The notes below the pieces were generated by a model. The model ran no database searches. It worked only from the letters and a program-made list of their open reading frames with translations, and was not told where the DNA came from. Both the position numbers and the translations under genes were made by a program. Shown here in pieces: positions 8,268 to 17,567 of a stretch of DNA of 64,000 bases. The DNA is from Bdellovibrionales bacterium (GTDB taxonomy: Bacteria > Bdellovibrionota > Bdellovibrionia > Bdellovibrionales > JAUICD01), in NCBI GenBank assembly GCA_965197425.1, contig CBDANC010000014.1, positions 317,662 through 381,661 of the forward strand, given 5' to 3'. Positions within the stretch are counted from its first letter, which is position 1. Each line of letters begins with the position of its first letter.

Positions 8268-9932
8268 TTAGATATCATCAATCCTACTTTCTGATGTGGG
8301 GTTTGTATCTGTGTTTTCTTCTTCTTGTGCATCATCCACTGGCGTAGGAGTTACACCAGGATCTTCTTGTTCATTATCTGCTGGTGTTAGAGTTGTACTA
8401 GGGTTGTTTTGTTCTTCACCCCAACAAACATTGTCATTACACCAATCTACAAGCCATGTTCTGCTGGATGCAGAAGTATCTCTACATCCTCTGTTTTCCG
8501 TTACACCTTTATTCGGTACTGTACCACCAGCAGCACAGATTATTTCCAAATGCATGCGGTCTTTGTATTTAGGAGCTGGATGTGGATAAATTTTTGACAG
8601 GGTATCTTGATATATTGATAAATTGCCCTCATCTTTTGATAGCTTTACAAGCTGTGCTTTTATTTCAGGTGATGTTACAAATCTATTAACCATACCCGTA
8701 TCATAAAAATACTTCATTAATGAGCGCTGCCATTTTAAATAAGAACCCCCTAGAGTAAAAGTTCCTTCATCATCGACTGTACTTGCAAATAGTCCTTGCC
8801 TGCTTTGAGGAGTTATATAGGCTATATCTACATCTAAACCATTTTGATGAGTTTCGTGATGTCCATTACCACCTAATAAAGTAAGTTCACCACCTTTTTG
8901 ATTAGAGGCCTGACCTAAAACAATGTTAATAGAGCATGCTCCTCCACGCTTAAGTTTTTGCCCCACAAAAAGTAGTGTGGCATTTAAAAGCGAAGAAGCA
9001 TATCTATGCTCTTCGTTAATTGTTGACAAACTATCTTCCGGATTTTTACTCCATATAATACAATGCTCTTCACTGTCCACAAGCTTCTCTCCATTCAATA
9101 GTATCCCAGGTATTGTCAGATCCTGCTCATTCACTATGATTTCTTGTGAAAGCCTCATGTTTATGGGTCTTGCAAAAGTATCCGTTGGTGCATCTGAACT
9201 CAACGTAATAAAGTCTCCATCAGTACCAGAATAATTGGTTTCTATTGCATCTGAAGGAAGCTCTGATGATATATTTTTTCCAGTACTTTCAAGAGTGTTA
9301 AGATATGACTTCCAGTATGAAACAAAAGCATCAGAAGCAACTCTAGCTGGGATTACCGGTCCAATAATTATATTTCCAGGCCTTGTTCCGTCATTATTAT
9401 TAGCTGGGTTTTCCGGTTCATTAAATACCACATTTGAGCCTCTGGTACTCCTTCCTTGCACAGTTTGTTCTTGGTCATTCTTGTCCTTATAAGTTATTTC
9501 TATAGTTACAATATCACTACAATCTTGAACAAGACAACTTACAGCTCCTCTCACACTATCAGAGTGCTCTTCGTTTTTTACCTGAGCAATAAGAGGATCG
9601 CCATCTGTTCCAAAAGCACCCATTAGTTCAAGTTCTAGAATATCCCCACTTTCTCCACCGTCTTTCATGTACATTAAACCTACAGTAGCTTCTGTAGGAT
9701 CTTTTGTATCCTCAATTTTGAATGAAACATCTTTAATATAGTCACTATATTCAATAGGAGCAGTCATATGTCCATCCCTTGTTGGGTGAGACTCAACAAC
9801 AGTAATAGTTCTCAAATTACGTGAACCACACGATGGAAACCAGCTAAATAATATAACCACACCAGCCAAGACAAATAGTGTCTTTGCAACTTTAGATTTT
9901 AAAAATTTAGCTTTCTTAAATAAGGAATTCAC
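8268..9932 (-). CDS. MepA-like (M74 / LAS-fold) lipoprotein, shorter paralog
   Basis: GTG start with AAGGAG 6 nt upstream and lipobox WFPSCG. HHETHQNGLDVDIAYI, RFVTSPEIKAQL, KDRMHLEIIC. Collinear with the upstream paralog along most of its length. Confidence 0.7.
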   Translation of the reverse strand: MNSLFKKAKFLKSKVAKTLFVLAGVVILFSWFPSCGSRNLRTITVVESHPTRDGHMTAPIEYSDYIKDVSFKIEDTKDPTEATVGLMYMKDGGESGDILELELMGAFGTDGDPLIAQVKNEEHSDSVRGAVSCLVQDCSDIVTIEITYKDKNDQEQTVQGRSTRGSNVVFNEPENPANNNDGTRPGNIIIGPVIPARVASDAFVSYWKSYLNTLESTGKNISSELPSDAIETNYSGTDGDFITLSSDAPTDTFARPINMRLSQEIIVNEQDLTIPGILLNGEKLVDSEEHCIIWSKNPEDSLSTINEEHRYASSLLNATLLFVGQKLKRGGACSINIVLGQASNQKGGELTLLGGNGHHETHQNGLDVDIAYITPQSRQGLFASTVDDEGTFTLGGSYLKWQRSLMKYFYDTGMVNRFVTSPEIKAQLVKLSKDEGNLSIYQDTLSKIYPHPAPKYKDRMHLEIICAAGGTVPNKGVTENRGCRDTSASSRTWLVDWCNDNVCWGEEQNNPSTTLTPADNEQEDPGVTPTPVDDAQEEENTDTNPTSESRIDDI

Positions 9933-10059
9933 TAAATTCTCCTTAAGTCCAATACAAAAACTGCACTCTAACGATCGGTTTCTTATGTTAAAAAATTAAC
10001 CAGGACCAAATACTGGTTGTCTTATAAACTTCAATCGAACTATTCATAAATTTTTTTAT

Positions 10060-10279
10060 AAAGGTCTTCCTAATGAGGCTAATAAAAGTTGATTGGCGTA
10101 GCGGTGTGCAAAGCACGTCGCTGAGCAAAGAAACTTTTTTAGCTGAATGGTTGCCCAGCTCTGGACACGATGCCGATCCCGTCACTAAAGGTCTTCGCTG
10201 AAACTGAAAGTTGCCTTGGCGAAATACAGTGCGAAGCACAAGTGTAGCCAAGGTACTTTCAGTATCAGAGTTGCCCAGC
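10060..10279 (+). repeat. composite intergenic repeat (A-type module + D hairpin module)
   Basis: Starts aaaggtcttcctaatgaggct. 10188-10279 is identical by eye to 13788-13879. Contains ttgcccagctctggacacgatgccgatcc, shared with the loci at 13.7, 28.1-28.4 and 29.4 kb. Confidence 0.85.
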
Positions 10280-10701
10280 AGATAACTCTCCTTAAAACAA
10301 TATCTTTTGTCATAGGATTTATAAGTTTCGTAGAAAGAATAAAATGTGTGCAATTATTGGAATTTAACTGGCTGTAACAAAATTTGTTAACACAAATTAC
10401 CCTTTTACATGGTTAGAAATGGAGGTTGACATATGACCAAATAAATTGCATATTGTTCACAAATACTTAGGTCCTGTACCGCTTATTGGTTGAAGTTTGC
10501 ATGTAGCCGGGTTTCCGCTTTGTAAATAATATACAACACATAGAAAACATTAGAAACGCCCCTCCCCTTACATTAAGTTTTGTATATTTTCGCATATTAG
10601 GTTTTGTGTATTATATTTTGCTATAAGTGGTGGTAGGGTTTGAAAAGTATAAATTATAGATTATGAATTTAAACATGTAGATTGCGTAGGAGGTTTATTA
10701 T

Positions 10702-12804
10702 ATGACTAATCCACTAAGTTCAAATTTTTTTCAGTTCACATTAGCATCGTTTTTTGTGCTTTTTTTGGCTAGCATTGCCAACGCTCAATGCTTGGTATCC
10801 CCTCGTGGAGATGAGAGTTGGGCAAACCTTCCTGTATATGAGGCGGCTTTTATAAGAGCTGCAGAGAAGGCTGATGGGAGCTGCTTAATACACATGTTGG
10901 AAGAAGAGCAGGTGAACATAAATGTACAAGATGATAGAGGGAACACCGCAGTTATTTTATTGGCCTCAAGACCAGGAATAATACCAGCGGATTTGGTTAA
11001 AAAGCTAGTTACATATGCTTACATAGATCTGACTATTAGAAATAATGGAGGATTAAATGTCTTCGATATGGCTAGCTATGGTAATCAAAGGGTGCTTCTT
11101 TTTTTAAATGAATTACTTGCTGATCATTCTAGTACTTTTTTGGATTCTATTGCCAATAGAAATATACAAGCAGTCCAAAGAGCAATTAACTTTGGTGTAG
11201 ACCCTAACATTAGACATGAAGGTCCTAACGGTGAGACTGCTCTAATGGTTGCTGCTAGAGCAAGATATCTTCCTGTGGCTGAAGCTATTTTGAATTCATC
11301 TACTCCTGTGGATATAAACTACCAGCTTGATAACGGAGAAACAGCCTTAATGATTGGTGTACATAGCTGGCATATGGTTGACACACTTTTAGAGCGTGAA
11401 GACATAGATGTAAATATTGAAGATTTAAATGATAGAACTGCATTAATTCATGCAGTTTTTGATAGAAACAACAGTTCTGTTAGACGTCTATTACAAGTAG
11501 AAAACATAGATGTTAATGTAACAGATGTGGGTGGGGAAACAGCACTTTTAGCAGCTAAAAGACTTAATGAACCGGAAATAGTAAACATCTTAAAGCCTTA
11601 TGTTTCGATGGCGTTACACAAAGCTAGTATCGAGGGTGATGTCAGCACTGTGAATTCTATTATATCTCAAATTGTACATGACAATACACCAGATGCAAAC
11701 ACCAGTGATCTTATAAACTCAAAGGACTCGAACGGAAACACTCCTTTAATGAATGCTGTCTTGAGTGAGAGTGAATCAAAAAATACTGTGGTTCGTACTT
11801 TAATTTCTGCATCAAACATTGATTTAAATGCTTCCAATCAAAGAAAAGAAACAGCTCTACTACTTGCCGCGAGGGTTGGGGATTCATCTGCTTTTAGACA
11901 GATCTTATCCTCTGACAAATTAGAAGATGTAAATGCTCGGGATAGATATGACAGAACTGCACTGATGAATGCCTCTCTTTCTGGAGCATTAGAAATTGTG
12001 AATCAACTTTTGACTTTTGAAGGAACTAATATCGGCATTAGGAACAGGTCTAATGAGTCAGCTAAGAGAATTGCAGAAAGACTCGGTCACTCAGATATAG
12101 TAGCCGTATTAGAGGAAGCTGAGATCGTAGCAAAAGAGAAATTTTTTGAAGCTTCTAGATCAGGAGACATGGAAGCGTTAAGGTTATATCAAACTGGATT
12201 TGATATAAATATAAGAGAAGAAAATAGAGATGGCAGTACTGCTTTGATAAATGCTGCCAGAAGTGATCATACATCTATGGTAGAAGAGTTATTAAAATTC
12301 CCGAATATAGATGTAAATGCTAAATCATATGATGGTTCTACAGCTTTGACTGCGGCTTCACAGCTTGGACATGCAGATGTGGTCAATCTACTTATAAATA
12401 ATGTCGAAACCCATTTAGATGTATTTGGTAAACAAGGAAGAACTGCCTTTATGTGGGCTGCTATCTCTGGCAATAATATCATTATTATTAATAACCTCAT
12501 GGCAAAGAACGCTGATCTTACCCTTGAAGACAAAGAACGCGGGTTTACTGCATTGATGTTTGCAGCTCAGAGAAGAAAAATAAGTGTTCTTGAACGAATT
12601 CTACCTCATAAAGACGTAGGTGTATCTGATATAGAAAAAGCCATGGAGGTGACAAGAAGCGGGGAAGTGTTAGATTTGTTAGAACAGCACAGACTTGATA
12701 AAATGACTGTTGGTGAAAGAATTAGCAATTGGTGGAAAAAACACTTTTCAGGAGGATCGGAAGCTTTCTCTTTCGAACCCTTTCCAAGAAATGAAATTTA
12801 TTGA
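10702..12804 (+). CDS. secreted ankyrin-repeat protein (700 aa)
   Basis: GGAGG 8 nt upstream of the ATG. Signal peptide FFVLFLASIANAQC. More than 12 ANK units recognisable (GNTAVILLA, GETALMVAARA, GETALMIGV, DRTALIHAV, GETALLAAKRLNEPEIVNIL, GNTPLMNAV, ETALLLAARVGD, RTALMNASLSGALEIVNQLL, GSTALINAARSDHTSMVEELL, GSTALTAASQLGHADVVNLLI, GRTAFMWAAISGN, FTALMFAAQRR). Confidence 0.85.
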   Translation: MTNPLSSNFFQFTLASFFVLFLASIANAQCLVSPRGDESWANLPVYEAAFIRAAEKADGSCLIHMLEEEQVNINVQDDRGNTAVILLASRPGIIPADLVKKLVTYAYIDLTIRNNGGLNVFDMASYGNQRVLLFLNELLADHSSTFLDSIANRNIQAVQRAINFGVDPNIRHEGPNGETALMVAARARYLPVAEAILNSSTPVDINYQLDNGETALMIGVHSWHMVDTLLEREDIDVNIEDLNDRTALIHAVFDRNNSSVRRLLQVENIDVNVTDVGGETALLAAKRLNEPEIVNILKPYVSMALHKASIEGDVSTVNSIISQIVHDNTPDANTSDLINSKDSNGNTPLMNAVLSESESKNTVVRTLISASNIDLNASNQRKETALLLAARVGDSSAFRQILSSDKLEDVNARDRYDRTALMNASLSGALEIVNQLLTFEGTNIGIRNRSNESAKRIAERLGHSDIVAVLEEAEIVAKEKFFEASRSGDMEALRLYQTGFDINIREENRDGSTALINAARSDHTSMVEELLKFPNIDVNAKSYDGSTALTAASQLGHADVVNLLINNVETHLDVFGKQGRTAFMWAAISGNNIIIINNLMAKNADLTLEDKERGFTALMFAAQRRKISVLERILPHKDVGVSDIEKAMEVTRSGEVLDLLEQHRLDKMTVGERISNWWKKHFSGGSEAFSFEPFPRNEIY

Positions 12805-12879
12805 TAAGATTTTTATATGACTAAATAAAAACAGATAGTCATATAGGAACTATTAATTTTAAAATCTAAAATTAAAAGA

Positions 12880-12908
12880 TGTCAGAGGTAGCACCTCTGG
12901 CATTTTTT
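12880..12908 (+). terminator. rho-independent terminator after the ankyrin gene
   Basis: Stem tgtcagaggt / acctctggca (one mismatch), loop agc, followed by tttttt. Confidence 0.6.
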
Positions 12909-12923
12909 GGTTATTAGTAAGGT

Positions 12924-13700
12924 ATGTCCAGAGTTTTAATACATATAGAATACGACGGAACAAATTATAAGGGCTGGCAAAAACAACCTGGTAAAAAAAC
13001 GATACAATCAGAACTGGAAAGCTGTTTAAAACAAATTTTTAAAACAAATATTTCTGTGTCAGGTTCTGGAAGAACAGATGCCAAAGTACACGCACTTAAT
13101 CAAGTTGCACACTTTGATATGCCCAAACCATTTGAAACTCACAAGATAGCAAAGGCAATGAGTGCAAATTTGCCAAAAGATATTGTGGTTAAACATGCGA
13201 GCCCAGTTTCCCACAATTTTCACGCAAGAAAATCCTGTATTAAAAAGACCTATATATACAAAATCTTCAATAGCCAATCACCCAGTTCTATTTTGAGAAA
13301 TTACACTTGTTATGTATCCTATCCACTAGATCTAACCTACTTAAATGATCTGGCAGGTTTCTTGATAGGAGAACATGATTTCACAAGTTTTAAGGCAACT
13401 AATTCAAATGCAAAAACTTCTGTAAGAACAATTTATCAGGCTAAGTGGGAGAAAAGTGGAAGTCATGTTAAATTTTTGATTGAGGCAAATGGATTTCTAA
13501 AGCAGATGATAAGAAACATAGTAGGAACACTTTTATACATGAATTTAAAAAAAATGCCTAAAAGTACATTATCAAAAATAATAGAATCAAGAGATAGAAC
13601 CAAGGCCTTTAAAGCAGCTCCACCACAAGGGTTATATCTAAAAAGATGCTATTTTAATAATAAAGGTGAGCTTAATGAGGCTAATAAGATGGATTGGTGA
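12924..13700 (+). CDS. truA: tRNA pseudouridine(38-40) synthase TruA
   Basis: IEYDGTNYKGWQKQPG and GSGRTDAKVHALNQVAHFD (catalytic Asp) are classic TruA motifs. The last 13 codons lie inside a repeat element. Confidence 0.9.
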   Translation: MSRVLIHIEYDGTNYKGWQKQPGKKTIQSELESCLKQIFKTNISVSGSGRTDAKVHALNQVAHFDMPKPFETHKIAKAMSANLPKDIVVKHASPVSHNFHARKSCIKKTYIYKIFNSQSPSSILRNYTCYVSYPLDLTYLNDLAGFLIGEHDFTSFKATNSNAKTSVRTIYQAKWEKSGSHVKFLIEANGFLKQMIRNIVGTLLYMNLKKMPKSTLSKIIESRDRTKAFKAAPPQGLYLKRCYFNNKGELNEANKMDW

Positions 13701-13940
13701 AATGCAGGACAAAGTCCAAATGAAACCAAAACATCTTTTAGCCGAATGGCTGCCCAGCTCTGGAACACGATGCCGATCCGGTCACACAAGGTCTTCGCTG
13801 AAACTGAAAGTTGCCTTGGCGAAATACAGTGCGAAGCACAAGTGTAGCCAAGGTACTTTCAGTATCAGAGTTGCCCAGCTCTGAAACACGATGCCGATCC
13901 GGTCACATTGATCAGGCAGTCGGCCAAGCAGGCAGATAGG
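13662..13940 (+). repeat. composite intergenic repeat (A module + D hairpin + A 3' half + tgcctga-type tail)
   Basis: aaaggtgagcttaatgaggctaataagatggattggtgaaatgcaggacaaagtccaaatgaaaccaaaacatcttttagc forms a long imperfect hairpin. The D module is identical to 10188-10279. ttgcccagctctgRaacacgatgccgatccggtcac occurs twice. Confidence 0.85.
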
Positions 13941-13976
13941 TGATTGATTTTTTAGTTTTTCCAAAAAATTGAGTTA

Positions 13977-14297
13977 TTAAATGGGGTCTATTTTTTTAAC
14001 ATCCACAATTTTTTCGTCTTTGATGGTAAGTTCAAAACCCTCTTTTCTGGCATTGTCTTTTATCTCGTTTATTTTCCCTTTTCTTTGGGCTTGTTCTAAT
14101 TCTCTATCCTGGTTTATTTGATTGATCTGCCTTTCGATTTCATCATGTATACCTAGATTTAGGGTTGTGGTGGTAGATGTGGTGGTCTTATAGACTAGAC
14201 CTTCTGACACAAAATCAACCTCTGTGGAATAAATCTCTCCATATGCACCGAGCACAACACAAAGGGCTAGCAAAATAAATAAATATCCATTCCTCAC
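13977..14297 (-). CDS. small secreted hypothetical protein
   Basis: ORF track with GTG start. N-terminal signal peptide YLFILLALCVVLGAYG. Charged coiled C-terminal half. No family recognised. Confidence 0.45.
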   Translation of the reverse strand: MRNGYLFILLALCVVLGAYGEIYSTEVDFVSEGLVYKTTTSTTTTLNLGIHDEIERQINQINQDRELEQAQRKGKINEIKDNARKEGFELTIKDEKIVDVKKIDPI

Positions 14298-14349
14298 AAA
14301 GTCTAAATCGTTATTTTCTGGATTAGACTTTAAGGATTAAGACAAAAAA

Positions 14350-14925
14350 TTAGTCCAGGTCCACGTTAGAAGATGGCAATTCTTCTGAAAGTGAGTCAGG
14401 AGACATCGGCCTTATCCCCGGCGTAAGCCTAGTAGGGCTATCTTCATTTGAAAGGCCCACGGAAGATTTAGACTCATTTTGGTGAGCTTTTACCCCATGA
14501 CCTTTGCCGTAGCTTGCGGGAGCCCTAGACCCCTTTTCAATAAGACCTTTGACATATTCATGCTCAGAAGCTTTTGGTGGGTTCTCTCTGGTAAAAACAT
14601 CTAGCTTTGCTAAGTAAGAAGAAATACTGCCATTATCATTTTGAATTATTTCTCTTAGGACCTTTAGGGGTGCAAATAATGCTGCTTTTTTTTCTGCCTC
14701 AAAAATAATCTGAGTTAGAGTGGAAGCAGTGATATCTCTCTTGGTTTTGTTATCTACAACTGTAACCTTCTCTTGAGCCTTGATCATCCTAGATATGTCA
14801 TCCAAAGTTACATAGCAGCTCTGCTGGGTATCATACAACTTCCTGTTCTGATAACGCTTTATAATCTTGGGCATTCCGTTACTTGGGTCCATAACATTTG
14901 AATCTATTCCTTCTTGTGTATTCAA
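14350..14925 (-). CDS. PhaR-like polyhydroxyalkanoate synthesis regulator (PHB_acc_N DNA-binding domain)
   Basis: TTG start with AAGGAGG 7 nt upstream. IIKRYQNRKLYDTQQSCYVTLDDISRMIKAQEKVTVVDNKTKRDITASTLTQIIFE matches the PhaR N-terminal domain (IKKYPNRRLYDT...). Confidence 0.8.
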   Translation of the reverse strand: MNTQEGIDSNVMDPSNGMPKIIKRYQNRKLYDTQQSCYVTLDDISRMIKAQEKVTVVDNKTKRDITASTLTQIIFEAEKKAALFAPLKVLREIIQNDNGSISSYLAKLDVFTRENPPKASEHEYVKGLIEKGSRAPASYGKGHGVKAHQNESKSSVGLSNEDSPTRLTPGIRPMSPDSLSEELPSSNVDLD

Positions 14926-15177
14926 AACAATACCTCCTTTCTCCTATGTACTATTTTTTACTGGGCGTGCTGACACTATTAACAACTTATATGCCTTGTC
15001 AAGACCATGTTTAAAACCAGGATCTAGTAACTAGAAATAGAGGCCAATTGGAAAAATATTGCAATATTTAGTGGATTTATTGCCAATGTTTACTCTAAAA
15101 CTTGACACCTCCTTAGGTTTACCCTCCGCTCACCATAAGCACCTAATGTTAGGCTCTGGGGTGGCCGATGAGCATCT

Positions 15178-16941
15178 GTGTTGGTATTTCTAAGGCTAAA
15201 CCTTATCATTTTGTGTAGCATGCTTGTAGCTTGCTCAACTTTTAATAAAGTAAATAAAGACGCAAACATATCTCATGTTAAAAAGCCTGTGTCAAAGACA
15301 GCCCTGTCTGACTATCACTTTATGATTGGGGAAATTTCAAGCCTTGAGGGAAATTCAAATCAGGCTATCAGTCACTTTAAACTTGCCAGCTTATACCAAC
15401 CACAGTCTGACATACACTATAGATTGGCAGAAGAGCATTTAGATACAGGCAATATTAAGGCTAGTATTGAAAGTTCCAAAAAAGCCTTAGAACTAAACCA
15501 ACAAGCGACAAAGCCTCTTGTGCTTTTGGGCAACTTATATGCCATAGAAGACAATATAGATAAGGCCACAAAAGCATTCAAAAGGGCCGTAACTAAGAAA
15601 GAATATTCTGCCCTCTTATATTTAAGTGCTATTTATGAAAAACAGGGCAATTTCTCTAATGCTATAGAGATGTTAAAAAAATCTTTACACCTTTCTCCAT
15701 CAACATCACACATAGCCCACTATAAGCTAGGCAACTTATATCTAAATCAAAATCCTCTCTTAGCCAAAAAACACTATAGGCTGGCTATTGAGGAAAATTG
15801 GGATTTTGTTCCACCAGTTCTTAGTCTACATGATATGTATAAATCAGAGGGAAATATAGAACAGGCAGTAGGTGTTCTATCTAATTTTCAATCCATATCT
15901 AACAAAACTCCCGAAGTTTCATTAAGACTAGCAGATCTTTATCTAGCACAAAAACGCTTACCAGATGCCTATAATGAATTTAGCTTTATTTATAATACAA
16001 TGCCCTATGATCTTACAGTCCCAACAAAAATGGGTTTAATATTGGTAGAACAAGGGAAATATGAACGAGCAGCTGCCATTTTTAACCAAATTTTGGATCA
16101 AGCCCCTGACTCTGATTCAACCAAATTTTATTTGGCTGCAGTTTATGAAGAATTAGATTTAAAACAAGAGGCCCTAGATACATTCCTGGAAATTACAAAG
16201 AATTCTTCTCACTACGAAGAAGCAATGCTACATGCAGCATATCTAAGTAACTTTTTAGGTAAAAAATCCAGTGCCTTATTAATAATGAAAGAAACTTTAA
16301 AGTCTCACCCTTCACTACAGGTTAAAATAATGTATGCAAACTTACTAGGTGAGCAGGGGAAGCATGACGAAGCTATCTTGATACTTACAAATGCTCTTTT
16401 GGATTTTCAGAATAACATCGACTTATACTACGCTATAGGCTCAATATACGATATGGCAGGAGAAAAAAACAAAACAATAGAGTTTATGAGTAAGGTTATT
16501 GAATTAGACCCTAACAATGTGGCTGCACTAAATTACATAGCTTACACTTATTCCGAACAGGGCTTGAACCTAGATACCGCTCAGAGACTTGCACATAAAG
16601 CTCTAAGACTTAATCCTAATGATGGGTATATTAAAGATACTCTAGGTTGGATCCTATATAAAAAAGGAAGACTAGAAGATGCAATTGTGATACTAGAATC
16701 AGCGCATGACCTTGAACCAAACGAAAGTGTTATAGCAGATCACCTAGGAGATGTATATTACAAAAACAATCAGATCAGAAAAGCAACAGCTATGTATGAA
16801 AAGGCAGTGGAGCTTGAAACCAATGCAGCCCTACTTGATGAAATTAAGGCAAAACTTGCAAATCTTAAAGATAACGAACCACCAACTGAAATCCCTAACC
16901 AAACTCCTCTACAAGACTACGAAATTATTTCTGCTAACTAG
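15178..16941 (+). CDS. TPR-repeat lipoprotein
   Basis: Lipobox MLVACS. Successive 34-aa TPR-like units throughout (e.g. AIEMLKKSLHLSPSTSHIAHYKLGNLY, AALNYIAYTYSEQGLNLDTAQRLAHKALRLNPNDG). Confidence 0.8.
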   Translation: MLVFLRLNLIILCSMLVACSTFNKVNKDANISHVKKPVSKTALSDYHFMIGEISSLEGNSNQAISHFKLASLYQPQSDIHYRLAEEHLDTGNIKASIESSKKALELNQQATKPLVLLGNLYAIEDNIDKATKAFKRAVTKKEYSALLYLSAIYEKQGNFSNAIEMLKKSLHLSPSTSHIAHYKLGNLYLNQNPLLAKKHYRLAIEENWDFVPPVLSLHDMYKSEGNIEQAVGVLSNFQSISNKTPEVSLRLADLYLAQKRLPDAYNEFSFIYNTMPYDLTVPTKMGLILVEQGKYERAAAIFNQILDQAPDSDSTKFYLAAVYEELDLKQEALDTFLEITKNSSHYEEAMLHAAYLSNFLGKKSSALLIMKETLKSHPSLQVKIMYANLLGEQGKHDEAILILTNALLDFQNNIDLYYAIGSIYDMAGEKNKTIEFMSKVIELDPNNVAALNYIAYTYSEQGLNLDTAQRLAHKALRLNPNDGYIKDTLGWILYKKGRLEDAIVILESAHDLEPNESVIADHLGDVYYKNNQIRKATAMYEKAVELETNAALLDEIKAKLANLKDNEPPTEIPNQTPLQDYEIISAN

Positions 16942-17476
16942 CTTTATTTTATCTTGTAGCTCTACAAACAAAAAACAAAGCACTCAGCTTATATCTGCAA
17001 GTAAGTTTTCTGCTAAAGCCAAGTTAACAGTAGAAAAAAAAAGTAGGGTTTTGAATATAAACATAGTAGCAACAAAGCCATCAAAAATAAGGCTCGAAGT
17101 TAGTACAACACTTGGAATAAATATAGCAAGTATAGCTCTGGATAATACTCATTTAACTTACTATATACATCGTATGGATGAATACTATAGTGGAACAGAA
17201 CAGCTGAAATCAATTGGAGGTTTAGAATTTCCATTTACACTCTCCAGCCTAATTTATTTTTTATTTAATGAAAACCCAGGTGACTGGGATTGTACGAAGT
17301 CAGATAACACCCTTTTATCTTGTAACAAAAAAGATGTAGAAGTAGCTTGGAAAAATAAAAATAAAAAAATTTTAATTGATATAAAATCCAAAACCTCAGA
17401 AGCATCTCTATATATTAATAATGTTAGTCACAACAAAATGGTTGGAATAGAGGTCTTTAGAATTCCAAAGCCTTAA
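16838..17476 (+). CDS. hypothetical lipoprotein (weak LolB/DUF4292-like resemblance)
   Basis: Lipobox FILSCSS. The ORF-track start (16751) overlaps the TPR gene by 190 nt, so I chose ATG 16838, but the true start is uncertain. The function call is weak. Confidence 0.45.
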   Translation: MKLRQNLQILKITNHQLKSLTKLLYKTTKLFLLTSFILSCSSTNKKQSTQLISASKFSAKAKLTVEKKSRVLNINIVATKPSKIRLEVSTTLGINIASIALDNTHLTYYIHRMDEYYSGTEQLKSIGGLEFPFTLSSLIYFLFNENPGDWDCTKSDNTLLSCNKKDVEVAWKNKNKKILIDIKSKTSEASLYINNVSHNKMVGIEVFRIPKP

Positions 17477-17567
17477 AGCAAATTCTTTAGCCTTAGTTAC
17501 ATCAGGAAAGAGCCGTTCTACCTGATTGCCTGACTGCCTGACTACTAGATCAGTGTTAAAGAAGACC

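Noticed and set aside
9988-10353. A 121-aa ORF on the minus strand, and similar ORFs at 13666..13884, 13782..13964, 18642..18839, 18695..18925, 18741..19016 and 38653..38907.
   Set aside because: All of them run through dispersed repeat modules. The same pseudo-peptide strings recur wherever the repeat recurs, for example LAEWLPSSG. They have no RBS, and they are better explained as chance open frames in structured non-coding repeats.
10426-10454. A sigma70-like promoter (ttgaca, 17 nt, catatt) upstream of the ankyrin gene, and similar hexamer pairs upstream of the giant gene and higB.
   Set aside because: Such matches are expected by chance in AT-rich DNA. The one at 10426 lies about 250 nt from the start codon. 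Without transcript data I cannot support them as features.
16751-16941. ORF-track starts that create long overlaps: 16751 (190 nt into the TPR gene), 30040 (164 nt into rnhB), 46930 (into lipA), 4649 and 20177.
   Set aside because: Downstream in-frame starts give canonical N-termini (signal peptides, the YraN core, a lipoyl domain preceded by a good SD) without long overlaps. The upstream extensions have no supporting signals.
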